Translations under genes and position numbers: made by a program
The notes under the pieces: model-generated
What the model saw: only the letters and a program-made list of their open reading frames with translations
Database searches by the model: none
What the model was told of the DNA's origin: nothing
In this document: piece after piece, positions 45,627 through 57,572 of the stretch
Layout of the letters: each line of letters opens with the position of its first letter
How positions within the stretch are numbered: position 1 is the stretch's first letter
Assembly (NCBI RefSeq): GCF_009914755.1
Contig: NC_060928.1
Length of the DNA: 64,000 nt
Direction: 5' to 3' (one strand)
From: the human T2T-CHM13v2.0 reference genome, Homo sapiens

Positions 45627-48322
45627 ATTATGAAACCAGCATCAACCTAATACCAAAATCTGGCAGAGACACAACAAAAAAAAGATAACTTCAGGCCAAA
45701 ATACCTCATCAACATAGACACAAGTACCTTCAACAAAATACTAGCAAACCAAATCCAGCAGCACATCAAAAAGTTAATACATCACAATCAAGTAGGCTTT
45801 ATTCTAGGGATAGCAAGGTTGGCACAACATATGCAAATCAATAAATGTGATTTACCACATAAAATTAAAAGTAAAACCATATGATTATCTTAATAGACAC
45901 TGGAAAAGCTTTACATCAAATCCAATAGCTCTTCATAATAAAACCCTCAACAGACTAGGCATCAAAGGAACATACCTCAAAATTATAAGAGCCTTCGATG
46001 GCAAACCCACAGCCAATATGATATTGAATGGGCAAATGCCCACTTTATTGTGATATATTAACTTTTTGATCTACTTCCAGATTCAGTTTGCTAGTATTTT
46101 GTTAAGGGCTTTTGTGTCTATGTTCACGAGGGATATTGACCTGAAATTTTCTTCTTCTGTTATGTCTCTGCCTGACTTTGGTATTAAGCTGATGTCAGCT
46201 TCATAGTTCTTCCTTTCTGCCTACTCTTCCCCACATTGGTTGAGGGCCCAATATAATTTTGTGACCTGTTTCAAACATTCTGCTTGAGAACTGGAACAAG
46301 GATGCCCACTTTCAACACTCCTATTCAATATATTGCTGGAAGTCCTAGCCAGAGCAATCAGGCAAGAAAAAGTAATAAAAGGTATCCAAATAGGAAAAGA
46401 ACTCAAACTATCTTTCTTTACTGATGATATGATTATATACCTGGAAAACCCTAAAGACTCTGCCAAAAGCTTACTAGAACTGATAAACAATTTTTGTAAG
46501 TTTTCAGGACACAAAATCAATGTACAAAAATCAGTAGATTATTACTGGTATAGTAATGTTTAGGCAGAGTGTCAAATAAAGAATATAATCCCATTTACAA
46601 TAGTCACAAAGAAAATAAAATACCTCAGAACGCGGCTAATCAAGGAGATGTATGATCTCTACAAGAAGAAATACCAAATGTTGCTGAAAGAATTTATAGA
46701 AGACACAAATAATTGGAAAAACCATTCTATACTCATGGATTGGAAGAATCAGTATCATTAAAATGGCTACATTGCCCAAAGCAATGTATAGATTCAAGAT
46801 ATTTCTATCAAACAATGTCATTTTTCAAAGAATTAGAAAAAGAAGATTTTAAAATTTACGTGAAACCAAAAAAAAGAGCCCAAATAGCCAAAGCAATCTT
46901 AAGCAAAAAGAATAAAGCCAGAGACATCACATTATTTTAAACTATACTATAAGTCTACAGTAAACAAAGCAGCATGGTACTGGAACAAAAGCACACATAG
47001 ACCAATAGAACAGAATAGAAAACTCCAGAAATAAAGCCACACATTTACAACCATCTGATCTTTGACAAAGCTGACAAAATCAATGGGGAAATGACTGTCT
47101 ATTCAATAATGGTGCTGAGATAAATGGCTAGCCATATGCAGAAAATGAAACTGGACCCTTACTTTTCATCATGTACAAAATTTAAAGATGGATTACCAAT
47201 CTGAATGTAAGACGTCAAACTATAGAAATTCTAGAGCAATAACTAGAAACCCTTCTCAAAATCAGCCTTGGCAAAGAATTTTTGGCTATGTCTCCAAAAG
47301 CTATTGTAACAAAAATAAAAATTGACAAGTAGGACCTTATGAAACTAAAGAACTTCTCACAGCAAAATATAATATCAATTGTGTAAACAGACAACCTGCA
47401 GGTTGGGATAAAATATCTGCAAACTATGCATCCAGCAAAGACCTAATATCCAGAATCTATAAGGACAAATCCACAAATTAAAAAACAAAAAAATGCGTTA
47501 AAATATGGGCAAAGGACATGAACAGACATTTCTCAAAAGCATACGTGCAAGTATACAACAAACATATGAAAACATGTTTATCATCACCAATTATCAGATA
47601 AATGTAAATCAAAACCACAATGAAATACCTATGCCAGTCAGAATGGCTATTATTAAAACGTCAAAAGGCAACAGATGCTGGCAATGCAAAGAGAAAAGGG
47701 AACATTTATACATCGCTGGTGGGGAATGTGAATTTTGTTCAGCCACTGTGGAAAACAGTTTGGAGATTTCTCAAAGAACTTAAAATAGAGCCACCATTTT
47801 ATCCAGCAATCCCATTACAGGGTACATGGCCAAAGGAAAATAGACCACTATAGTGAAAAGACACATGTAATTGTATGTTTACTGCCATGCCATTTATGAT
47901 AGCAAAGACTAGGAATCAACCTAGGTGCCCATCAGTGGTAGATTGGACAAATACAATGTGGTACATATTACCACAGAATAGTATGCAGTGATAAAAAAGT
48001 GAAATCACATCCTTTGCAGCAACATGGATGGAACTGGAGGTTATTATTCTAAGAAAATTAACACAGTAGGAGAAAACAAAATACTGCCTGTTCTCTCTTA
48101 TAATTGGGAGCTAAACATTGAGCACACATCTACACATAAACATGGGAACTATAGACACTGTTGCCTACTACAGGTGGGAGAGGGTGAGAGAGGTATAGGC
48201 TGAAATACTACCTATTGGGTACTATGCTCACTACCTGGGTGCAATATACCTGTGTAAGAAATCTTTACATGTAAACCTTGTATATAAAATAGAAGTTGAA
48301 TTTAAAAAATCAAAATAAAAAG
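45627..48322 (+). mobile_element. 5'-truncated L1PB (L1PB2-like) with an inverted internal insertion at 46037-46274
   Basis: ORF2 remnants ([11 protein letters not shown]...[15 protein letters not shown]) and 3' end gggtgcaatatacc...aaaatagaagttgaa. Confidence 0.9.
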
Positions 48323-49132
48323 TCAGCAGCTACTGTTCTAAACATGATAAACTACCAGATATTAATAAATGGTAGGCCAAGCAAAACTGGAACATTGTTA
48401 TTTAGGAAGAGAATCGAAACAACATGAATGTGCACTAAGTGCCATGATTACAGTGAATTTCTTTTTTAAGTGCCAGGCAATATTAGAGAGGAAGGAAAGC
48501 TTTATTTGGTACATAATCATCATTACGATTATTTAAATAAGGAATCAGTATATAGATTGTCATAGCTGGAAAATACTCAAGGTTCTATCAAGAGATTAGT
48601 TGGCTTAGTTTCTCATGGAATTCTATGTATGAAAGAATAAAAGTGTCATTGATAAGCAAATGAGGGCCTGGAGTGTTAGGACAAAAGAATTAGGAAAAGT
48701 CAAAGGCCTGGGAGATTTCATCAGGAGGAAGGACAATAACTAATGAAAATGAGAATCAAAGAGAAGTGGGATTAAAAACAGATAGAACACAATGGAGAAA
48801 ACTCAATGGGTAGTATTAACATTATTATCAGAATTTTGTGATTAATAGGGGTTATCAGGGAATTTCCAGTGGTGAATTATGAGTGTATATGTGGTAAAAG
48901 AAGATCATGTAGCTCAGATAAGTACAGATTACAGGTGATTAAATATCTGGCAATGGGACTGAATAGAAGATAAACTAAATAAAAATAAGAATATTAAGAT
49001 AGGATTAGAAACACATGTTGTTAAAGGTAAGCAGTTACCTATTATGAAAAAATACATACGAGGCTTAGAAACCAGAAGGATGGGGTGGCCCTGCTTCCTA
49101 GGTTTCCTGGGAGTGTTTTGATGTATGCCTGA

Positions 49133-49872
49133 TTTTTTTTTTTTTTTTTTTACTTTTATTTTAGGCTTGGGGGTAGGTGTGTGAAAGTTTGTTACACAGG
49201 TAAACACATGTCACGGGCATTTGTTGTACATAGTATTTCCTCACCCAGGTGTTAAGCCCAGTACCCAATAATTATCTTTTCTGCTCCTCTCCCTCCTCCC
49301 ACCTGCTCCCTTCAGGTAGACCCCAGTGTCTGTTGTTTCCTTACTTGTGTTCATAATTTCTTATCATTTAGCTCCCACTTATAAGTGAGAACATGTGGTA
49401 TCTGATTTTCTATTCCCTCATTAGTTTGCTAAGGATAATAGCCTCCAGCTTCATCCAGGTTCCCACAAAAGACATGATCTCATTCTTTGTTATGAATGAA
49501 TAGCATTCCATGGTTTGTATGTACCACATTGTCTTCACCGTCTGTCACTGATGAGCGATTAGGTTGAGTCCGTGTCTTTGCTATTGTGAATAGTGCTGCA
49601 GTGAACATTTGCGTGCATGTGTCTTTTAGGTAAAGTGATTATATTCTTCTGCGTGTATACCCACTAATGGGATTGCTACCATTAGGTAGGTCTGCTTTTA
49701 GCTCTTTGAGGAATCACCATTCTGGCTTCCACAATGGCTGAAGTAATTTACACTCCCACAAGCATTTATAAATGTTCCATTTTGTCCTCAACCTCGCCAG
49801 CATCTGTTATATTTTGACTTTTTAATGATAGCCATTCTGACTGGTGTGAGATGATACGTCATTGCGATTTTC
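49133..49872 (-). mobile_element. L1PA13/14-like 3' fragment
   Basis: Poly-T, 3'UTR (gtttgttacacaggtaaacacatgtcac) and ORF2 end on the minus strand. Confidence 0.88.
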
Positions 49873-51226
49873 AATAGCACCTCTTTTCTTTTCAAAAATG
49901 CCTTGGTTAGGTGATAAATATAGTCACCATATGTATAGGTAACACAAATTACATGATGAAAAGTTTAATTAGATAAAAGACAATAATGGTTTCCATAGAG
50001 CACCTTAATATTAGTATTCTTTTATTTTTGCTCTCAATCATTTTTTTTCTAAAGAAGCCTAGACACGCTACTTGTTTAAGGAAGAACCCAAAGAAAAAGA
50101 CAGAGTCTGTAAGTCCAGTCTAATGTTTTTTGCACTATCTGATGATATTTCCTAATGTTTTGGTGGATCAAAGTGTTTTGACACTTTTGAGAAAATATAA
50201 ATTTACCTATCATTATTTTAAATAATGAACACATCTTAACATCTATTTTATACATAAAGTGGAGTACTTACAGCATAATTTGTAATAAAACCATAGATTA
50301 GTCATATAAACTATTCCAATATTATTTTTCCTTGGTTGTATGATAGATATACATATTTTATACAGATAGAGAAGAACACATTTATAGATTTGTGGCAAGA
50401 GGCCAGGGATAATATATCAGAGTTTCAGAAGGTGTTTAACTTCTATCTTTCACCTGAAGGTACCTGGAGATTTCCTACAATAATCTCAGTGTCAGTCTTT
50501 TCATCTTGGCCAGCAATGAATTTCACTCAACCTACAATCTCCTGAGAGGAGAAGTAAGCAGGGTTTGACAATGATAAACTATACAGTATATCTATATAGA
50601 GCAATTGGACAGAAGTATGTATGATATATGTTCGATGTCTGTTTAAAAGATGAGTCAATAAACAAATGGATGAGAAATAATGCATGGTAAAGTTTGCCTT
50701 GAAGCAGGAGCTGCAGAGGAAAAACTGGTATAAGCTGCTAAATGTACCAAAGAATTGTAAAAAATAAAATGGAGAATGATCAGTGGAAAAGAAACACATA
50801 TGAATGTGTACCCTTTTCCAGTACCAATTTTTTATGAGTAATGTGAAACAATGCAGTAATTTTAATATATATCTGAAAATCATTATTTCCTCTCCTTTGT
50901 TTAAGTATTAGCAATCAATGGACTTTTTGTCTCCATGAATCTCATAGGAGACTCTGAAACAAAAGTATGAGCACATACATATGTGTGTATGTATGAATGT
51001 AAGTTTGTATATGCATGTATTCATATATACATATGTTTATACTTTTATTAAATTGTTCTTAGTATATACTGATGAACACATCATGCTTAAAAAATATTAG
51101 AAAGAATCATTTATTGGAAAACAAATTGTTCTGAAAACCATACTTAGAATTGTACATTTCATAATGTGCTGGTAATAAATATATATTGCCTATAGAATGA
51201 CTCTTAGATCTTCTTCAAGTATGTGG

Positions 51227-51232
<6 letters not shown>

Positions 51233-51280
<48 letters not shown>
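51233..51280 (+). repeat. Pure poly(A)48
   Basis: 48 consecutive A with no adjacent Alu/L1 body. Confidence 0.97.
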
Positions 51281-51284
<4 letters not shown>

Positions 51285-52909
51285 AAGTAGCCCCGACAAT
51301 ATTAGTTTGGAGATACTGAAATGTAGCTAGGTAGGTGGATAAGTGAATGAGACATATCTTAAATAAAGCATATTTGTGAGGAAACATTTTTAAAGGTAGA
51401 ACAGGAAAACAGGGTAATGGATGTATTATTTCAAGAACCCATGGTTCTTTTTCTAATGTTATCTTTCTTCTCTTCCTTTGGTGTTAGGGACCTCAGAGAG
51501 ATCACAATTTGGTGTAGTGAATCTTTCTTGGCAAAGGAAGAGCGAATTGGAATATAAGTTCTGTGGAATCCTCAAAGGGAACAGTCAGGTTTCTTATGCA
51601 TGCAAATGGAATTACCTTCTAGTCAGTAAAGAGAACATGAAGAAGAAGGACAAGATCTTGCATATAATATTTACCAAAATCTCATTACATAGACTTTGAG
51701 CTTTTAGTTTTCCCAGAAGAAGCTATTATCCATTTCCTTTAAATTTACATATTGCTCAAAATTATTCAATTTTTCCTGTACTTTTTATTAAAAATCCAGG
51801 AATACTAAGTGTCAGAGTCAGACACTGCAGTATTTTAAAGACCATATATTTCTGGAATGGTAAATATTCTTAAATATATAAATACTGATCTCTTTTTTTA
51901 ATTTAACATATTGTTGAGTATCACCAGAAAGCTTTCATTCCTGTTTCATAAATTTTATAAAACCATGTAGTATTAAGACATCAATTTTCTTTGAAATAGT
52001 TCAAAGAAATGTTTTCCAATTTGTAAAATACCAAGACTGGGTGGATTCTTGGCTTGACCACTCCAAATCTTTTTCCTATGGGACAAGTAACCAATATAAT
52101 ATTTAGTTGCATTGGATGGGAATTCATTTTGTTTGCTTTTGTGAGGTCTGATTTATTATACTCTGATTTATAAAATATTGCTTACTAAAACATGTTGGAA
52201 AAATCGCTTAAAGTATAGAAATAAAATTATATAGAAGGATAATTTTGTAATTTGTTAATAATAAATCTATATAGCCTAAGGAATATTGGCTCTTAATAAT
52301 GCACTGAAAATAAAACAAACTTATTTGGAGCAGATTAGTTTGGAGAGGTTGAGGCCTCAAATTTTGAATGTAAATGGTACATTCAGTATGCAAGGCACTG
52401 TCATTTGAACAATCTTGAAAAAGATAAAAAAAAAAGGCTCTCTGTTCAGGAAATAGCAAATTAAAAAGCTGTGTATAGCCTAGTTATGCCAGTAAACCAG
52501 TACTATGTGTGTGTTCGACCACCTCAGTGGATGAGATGTATTATAATCAGGATGTTTATCATACATAATTACTGAGCAAGAGCTGTATTATATGGTGCTG
52601 ACAAACATGGATCTGTAACTCCAGATTTATGTCATTTTAGTTCCTAAGCAGAGCTTGTTATGTAGTAAACCAGCAGAAGCAGATGGACTGCCCTCCAGAG
52701 TATAATAGAACAATATAGGATTTTACAGGGGAGAAAGTTTCCTCTAGCAAAAACACAGAAATACAGGCAGCTAGAGAGACAAATCCCACAACTGACCAGA
52801 AAGAACTACTGGTCACATTTAAAATCTACTTAATGTATATCAAAGCTGACAAGAAAGAGAAGAGAGAGAGCAAGAACTCCTTTTTTTGTTTAAAGACTGG
52901 CACAAACTA

Positions 52910-53180
52910 GGCTGTGTTGAATAATGACTGAAAGCACAAACTCTAAATCTACTTCTAACAGGTGTGCGACTTTAGACACATTTGTTTATCTCTCTTTCAT
53001 TTCCTTATCCAAAAAATTTAGACAACAACCCTATGACCATTAAATGAGGTGAGGATTAAATAGGAAGCTACACAATTGTTGGCTGTTATTACTATCATCT
53101 TGATTTTGTTAATGAGGACAAATCTTAGGGTTTAGGAGAGACTTGTCAAACATTACTGAGCTAGTGAGTAACAGAATAAA
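52910..53180. mobile_element. Two MIR fragments (opposite orientations)
   Basis: tgtgcgactttagaca...catttccttatc...gtgaggattaaat, then aatgagga...gacttgtcaaacattac...gctagtgagt. Confidence 0.5.
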
Positions 53181-53194
53181 AAACAGGTAACAAG

Positions 53195-53630
53195 TGCCTC
53201 AGTCGTCTGATGCTGCATAACAAATCACCTTCAAATTTAGTGACTTAAAACAAGAACAATTTTTCATTTTTCATTATTCTACTGGTTGACCAGGTGGTTC
53301 TGCTGATCTCACTTGAGCTCACTTTGCAATTGCATTTCTGTGGTAGGCCAACTAGGGACAAGGCTCAGCTAGAACAGCTGAAATGGAAGGACCTTTCTTG
53401 TCAATATTTTTATTCATAGTTTTTTCACAGCCTGTGTTTCAGAGGGTTATGAAGCAAGTCACTAGCGTGCAAATACTTTATCACACCTCTGCTTGCCTCA
53501 CATTTACTAATGTCATGTTGACCAAATGAAATCACATGAGTAAGCCCATAGTCAATATGGGAGGAGATTACTCAAGAGTTTGGACATTGGCAGGCTGTGA
53601 TTTATTGGAGGCCATTGGAGAAAAAATTAT
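53195..53630 (-). mobile_element. MLT1J/K-like LTR
   Basis: tgctgcataacaaatcacc...ttagtgacttaaaacaa...cctctgcttgc...ttgaccaaa. Confidence 0.65.
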
Positions 53631-53659
53631 CTGTATCTCTGTATCTGGAAATCCTTTGA

Positions 53660-53893
53660 TTTATTTTATTTTACTTTATTTTATTATTTGGAGTCAAAGT
53701 CTCACTCTGTCACCCAGGCTGGAGTGTAGTGGTGTCACCTTGGCTCCCTGCAACCTCCGCCTTCTGCGTTCAAGTAATTTTCCAGCCTCACCATGTTTGC
53801 AAAGCTTGTCTCGAACTCCTGACCTCAAGCGGTCCACTGAGCTTGGCCTCCCAAAGTGCTGGGATTACAGGAGTGAGCCACCGTGCTGCCCCC
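53660..53893 (-). mobile_element. Alu (Sz/J-like) with an internal deletion of the linker region
   Basis: The right arm jumps at ...gcctca|ccatg... directly into the left arm. Confidence 0.88.
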
Positions 53894-54444
53894 TGATTTT
53901 TTTTTTATTGCTCTTCTATTAACTTCAGCTAAGAAAGTTTGCAAAACATAGAATGATCACATATGTAGTTAGAACAAAGAATCTGTGTATTCGCATGTAT
54001 GTGCATGGATGCACATATATGAGCACTTACAGGAGGGAGTGTTGCTGAAAAAAACTTCTTGAAAGTTACTGAAATGATGATCTACATTTTAAGTGAAAAA
54101 AATCTGAACAAATAATGCTGTAAAAGTTTGTGATAATCCAAGAAATAAGAGTAATAAAACTATGAAAAGTGGGGATTTATTTAGAAAACAGGAACATAGA
54201 ACATAGACATCGAAGTTTTCCTGTGCTATGAACCTGTTAATCCATTACCTTCTGATGGTTTTTTGGTGACAAAAGTGTGTAAAGCAATAAATGTTAAATA
54301 TCAAATTGAAAGTTTTACCCATCTGGGTGGAGTATGAAATAATGTGTATTTTTAGAAAAATGTGCCTGTGATTAGTCATGTACATCTCTTGAGTGGGTTC
54401 ACCTTTATGTAGTCCTTTATTTGCACAAAATGGTTGTTAAACAA

Positions 54445-54586
54445 AGATTTGGGTTCCTCCTTTCCAAAATGCAGATAAGAATACTCACAATAGCGTTTTT
54501 TCCTCTATTTTTAGAATTAAAGATGATACACATCTAGAATCTGTCATAGTGTTTGCCACATAGTAGACACTCAATAAATCCTAGCT
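54445..54586 (+). mobile_element. MIR 3' fragment
   Basis: ttcctc...aaaatgcagataa...gccacatagtagacactcaataaat. Confidence 0.55.
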
Positions 54587-55332
54587 CTTACATCTCTACT
54601 CTTTTGTGATTTCCTGTAGGACAAAAGCAGCAGAAACTTCTCCTCTTCCTCCTTCTATTTCTCCTCTTCCTTCTCCTTCTCCACCACTACCATGACCTCC
54701 TCCTCCTCTTTCTTTTTCTGGTTTTGCTTCTCTTTCTCTTTCTTGTACCTTTCTAGTCCTAATGAACTGCAGGTTCAATAGGCATTCAATAAGTATTATT
54801 GAATGAATGTCCTTATAGCATTTGTAGTACCTATGTTTGCTTTAATTAAATACTTTATCCAGACAAGTTCAGAAGTGATAATCACCTGAATGGCATGGAT
54901 AAACCATATTGCCATTACACATAATTTTAAAGAAAAAGAGATTTATATGGTATCTTTGTATTCTTTCTCTTTAATGCCAAAGATAAACTTCTTCTCACTC
55001 AGGCTGTATGCTTGTCTTCTACTAGATAATACTTCCAAATAGACTGTTTCACTGATACATTTTTTCTTGACTCCACCTAATAATATTCAGAGTTTAGGCC
55101 TTTTTTTAATCCCAAATGGCAGAATATTAGTCAGTGGTATTAATAAATGCATAAATATTTCTTCCTGGCAGAAATTACACTTGAGAAGTAAATGTTTACT
55201 TTGACTAATACTAAAAAAAACTTACTCTTCTATTTAATGGATTTCTATTGGATCATCAATTTTCACATAACTTATGAGTCAGCTGGTGTGAGAGTAAAAC
55301 CATTTTAAATCCAAGCTGATTTGTGTGTGTAT

Positions 55333-55578
55333 CTTATCTTCCCTTCCCTTTCCCGTCCCTTTCCTGTCCCTCCCCTCCCCTCCCCTCCCCTCCCTTCCAC
55401 TTCCCCTCCCCTCTCCTCCCTTCCCCTCTCCCCTTCCTCCCCTCCTCCCTCCCCTCCCCTCCCCTTCACTTCCTTTCTCTTCCGCTCTCTTCCCCTCTTT
55501 TTCCCATTACCTCTCTCTTTATGTATTTCTTTCCTTTTCTACTTTTCTTTCTACTTTCTCTTGCCTTTCCTTTCTTCT
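55333..55578. repeat. Polypyrimidine tract, (CCCCT)n/(CTTT)n-like
   Basis: About 245 nt almost exclusively C/T. Confidence 0.95.
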
Positions 55579-56720
55579 TAAATTTTGATTCTGTTGTCTT
55601 TTGCTTTGTAATATTTTAAATATTTGTTTAGTACAATATAGCACTATTTGCTTTTGTGGATCTGGGTTACAATATGCTTAGCATGTTTAAAATTATAATT
55701 TTTTAATTCTTTCTTCTTCCAATTGTTTATAGCTTTTTAAAAAACTGTGTAAATTTTAAATTCCCTAGAAATTTTTAGACAACTGAGTTTTTTATAAAGT
55801 CAAGCTCTATATTTTTTGTTAGAAAAATGTGCAGCCAATTGCCATACAATCATTAACTTAATGTCATCATTATCACATGCTACTTTACCATTTATATATG
55901 CTTTTTTATCTAGCCCTAATCATCTGTTCCATTATTGTATTTTTCTTTTCTTACACACACATTTTTAATTACTGTACGTTTAACATGTTATGCCATATGG
56001 TACAACATGTTTACTTTCTCTAAATCAAAGTATTTATTTTTCAAAATGTTTAACGATATTTTTGTGCATTTTATTTTTCATACGATAGTCAATATCTGTT
56101 GTATTGATTTTCTTACCTTCAGAGACTATTCTAGCCTCTGGAACACAAATTAGTCAAATGTTGAATGTTCTGAATCTCTTCTCAATTTTATGTAATTTTC
56201 TATTATATTTTCTTTCTCTTTATGCTTTTTAATTATGTTTTCCTTCTATTTTGGGGGCTTTTTATTCTGGGTTAGTTGCTTAATTTTATCTATCACACAT
56301 GCAAACTTCATGTATGTTTATTATATGGTATTTGAAAAAATATCACAAATCATATTTTAATTATAATCTTTCTTATCTGATTTCTCTTATACACAACTGC
56401 ATTTACCTTTCTTTTCCTTTTTTAGGATGCTAATTAAAATGTTTTTAGGGTCCTTTTGTTTTCTACTATTTACTTGCATTATGTGTTAGATAAGTTATCT
56501 AACACATAATGTCTCAATCTCTTCATATTTTCACCAATATTTGTTCTAGCCTTTTCATTATAGCCATCCTAGTGGATGTGAAATGGTATCTCATTACTCT
56601 TTTGATTTGCATTTTAATGATGACTAATTAATTTTATCATCTTTTATGTACTCAATTACCATTTTCATGTATTCTTGGAAAAATATGTATTCAAGTATTT
56701 TGTCTATTTAAGAAAATTGA

Positions 56721-57017
56721 GGCCAGGCACTGCGGCTCACGCCCTTAATCCCAGCACTTTGGGAGGCCGAGACGGGTGGATCACGAGGTCAGGAGATTGA
56801 GACCATCCTAGCTAACACGGTGAAACCCCGTCTCTACTAAAAAATACAAAAAAATTAGCTAGGCGTGGTGATGGGCGCCTGCAGTCTCAGCTCCTAGGGA
56901 GGCTGAGGCAGGAGAATAGCATGAACCCAGGAGGCAGAGCTTGCAGGCAGCCGAGATTGCGCCACTGCACTCCAGCCTGAGCGACAGAGTGAGACTTCTC
57001 AAAAGAAAAAAAAAAAA
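56721..57017 (+). mobile_element. AluY
   Basis: ggatcacgaggtcaggagattgagaccatcctagctaacacggtg, gagcttgcag; degenerate TSD aagaaaattga/aaaaaaattaa. Confidence 0.95.
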
Positions 57018-57334
57018 TTAAGCTATATGTCATGCCATTATTGAGTTGTAAGCCTTCTTTATGTATTTTGGAGACTAGGCCCTTATCAGATATATAATTC
57101 AATATGATTTGCAATTTTTTTTCTCTTTACAATGGGGTCCTTTGCAATACAAAAATTTTTAATCAAGTTTATTTATTTTTCTTCAGTTGATAATTCTTTT
57201 TGGTGTCATTTCTAATAAATTACGGTTTAATCTAACATCATGAAGACAAAGACTCACCTTTGTATTTTCTTCTAAGAATGTTACACATTTTTGCTCTTAC
57301 TTTGAGATTTGTGAGTACTTCTGAGTAGGGATTG

Positions 57335-57572
57335 GTCTTAGTCTACCTTAAACAGGGTAGCTTATAAATAAGAGAATTTTTTTTCTCATCCTTCTGAAGG
57401 TTGGGATTACAAAATCAAGACAACAGCAATATCAGATTCTGGTGAGGACCGGTTTACTGGTTCAGATAAGGCATTTTTTCACTGTATTCTTACATGGCAT
57501 AAGGTGCTAGTTAACTCTCCAGGGTCTCAGTCTAGACCCTAATTCCATTCATGAGGGCTCTGCCGTCATCTG
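57335..57572 (-). mobile_element. MLT1A-like LTR fragment
   Basis: gcttataaataagagaattt...ttctggtgagg...taattccattcatgagggctctgcc. Confidence 0.7.

Noticed and set aside
55321-55619. Pro/Ser/Leu/Phe-rich ORFs in three frames
   Set aside because: A low-complexity pyrimidine tract lacks stop codons by composition.
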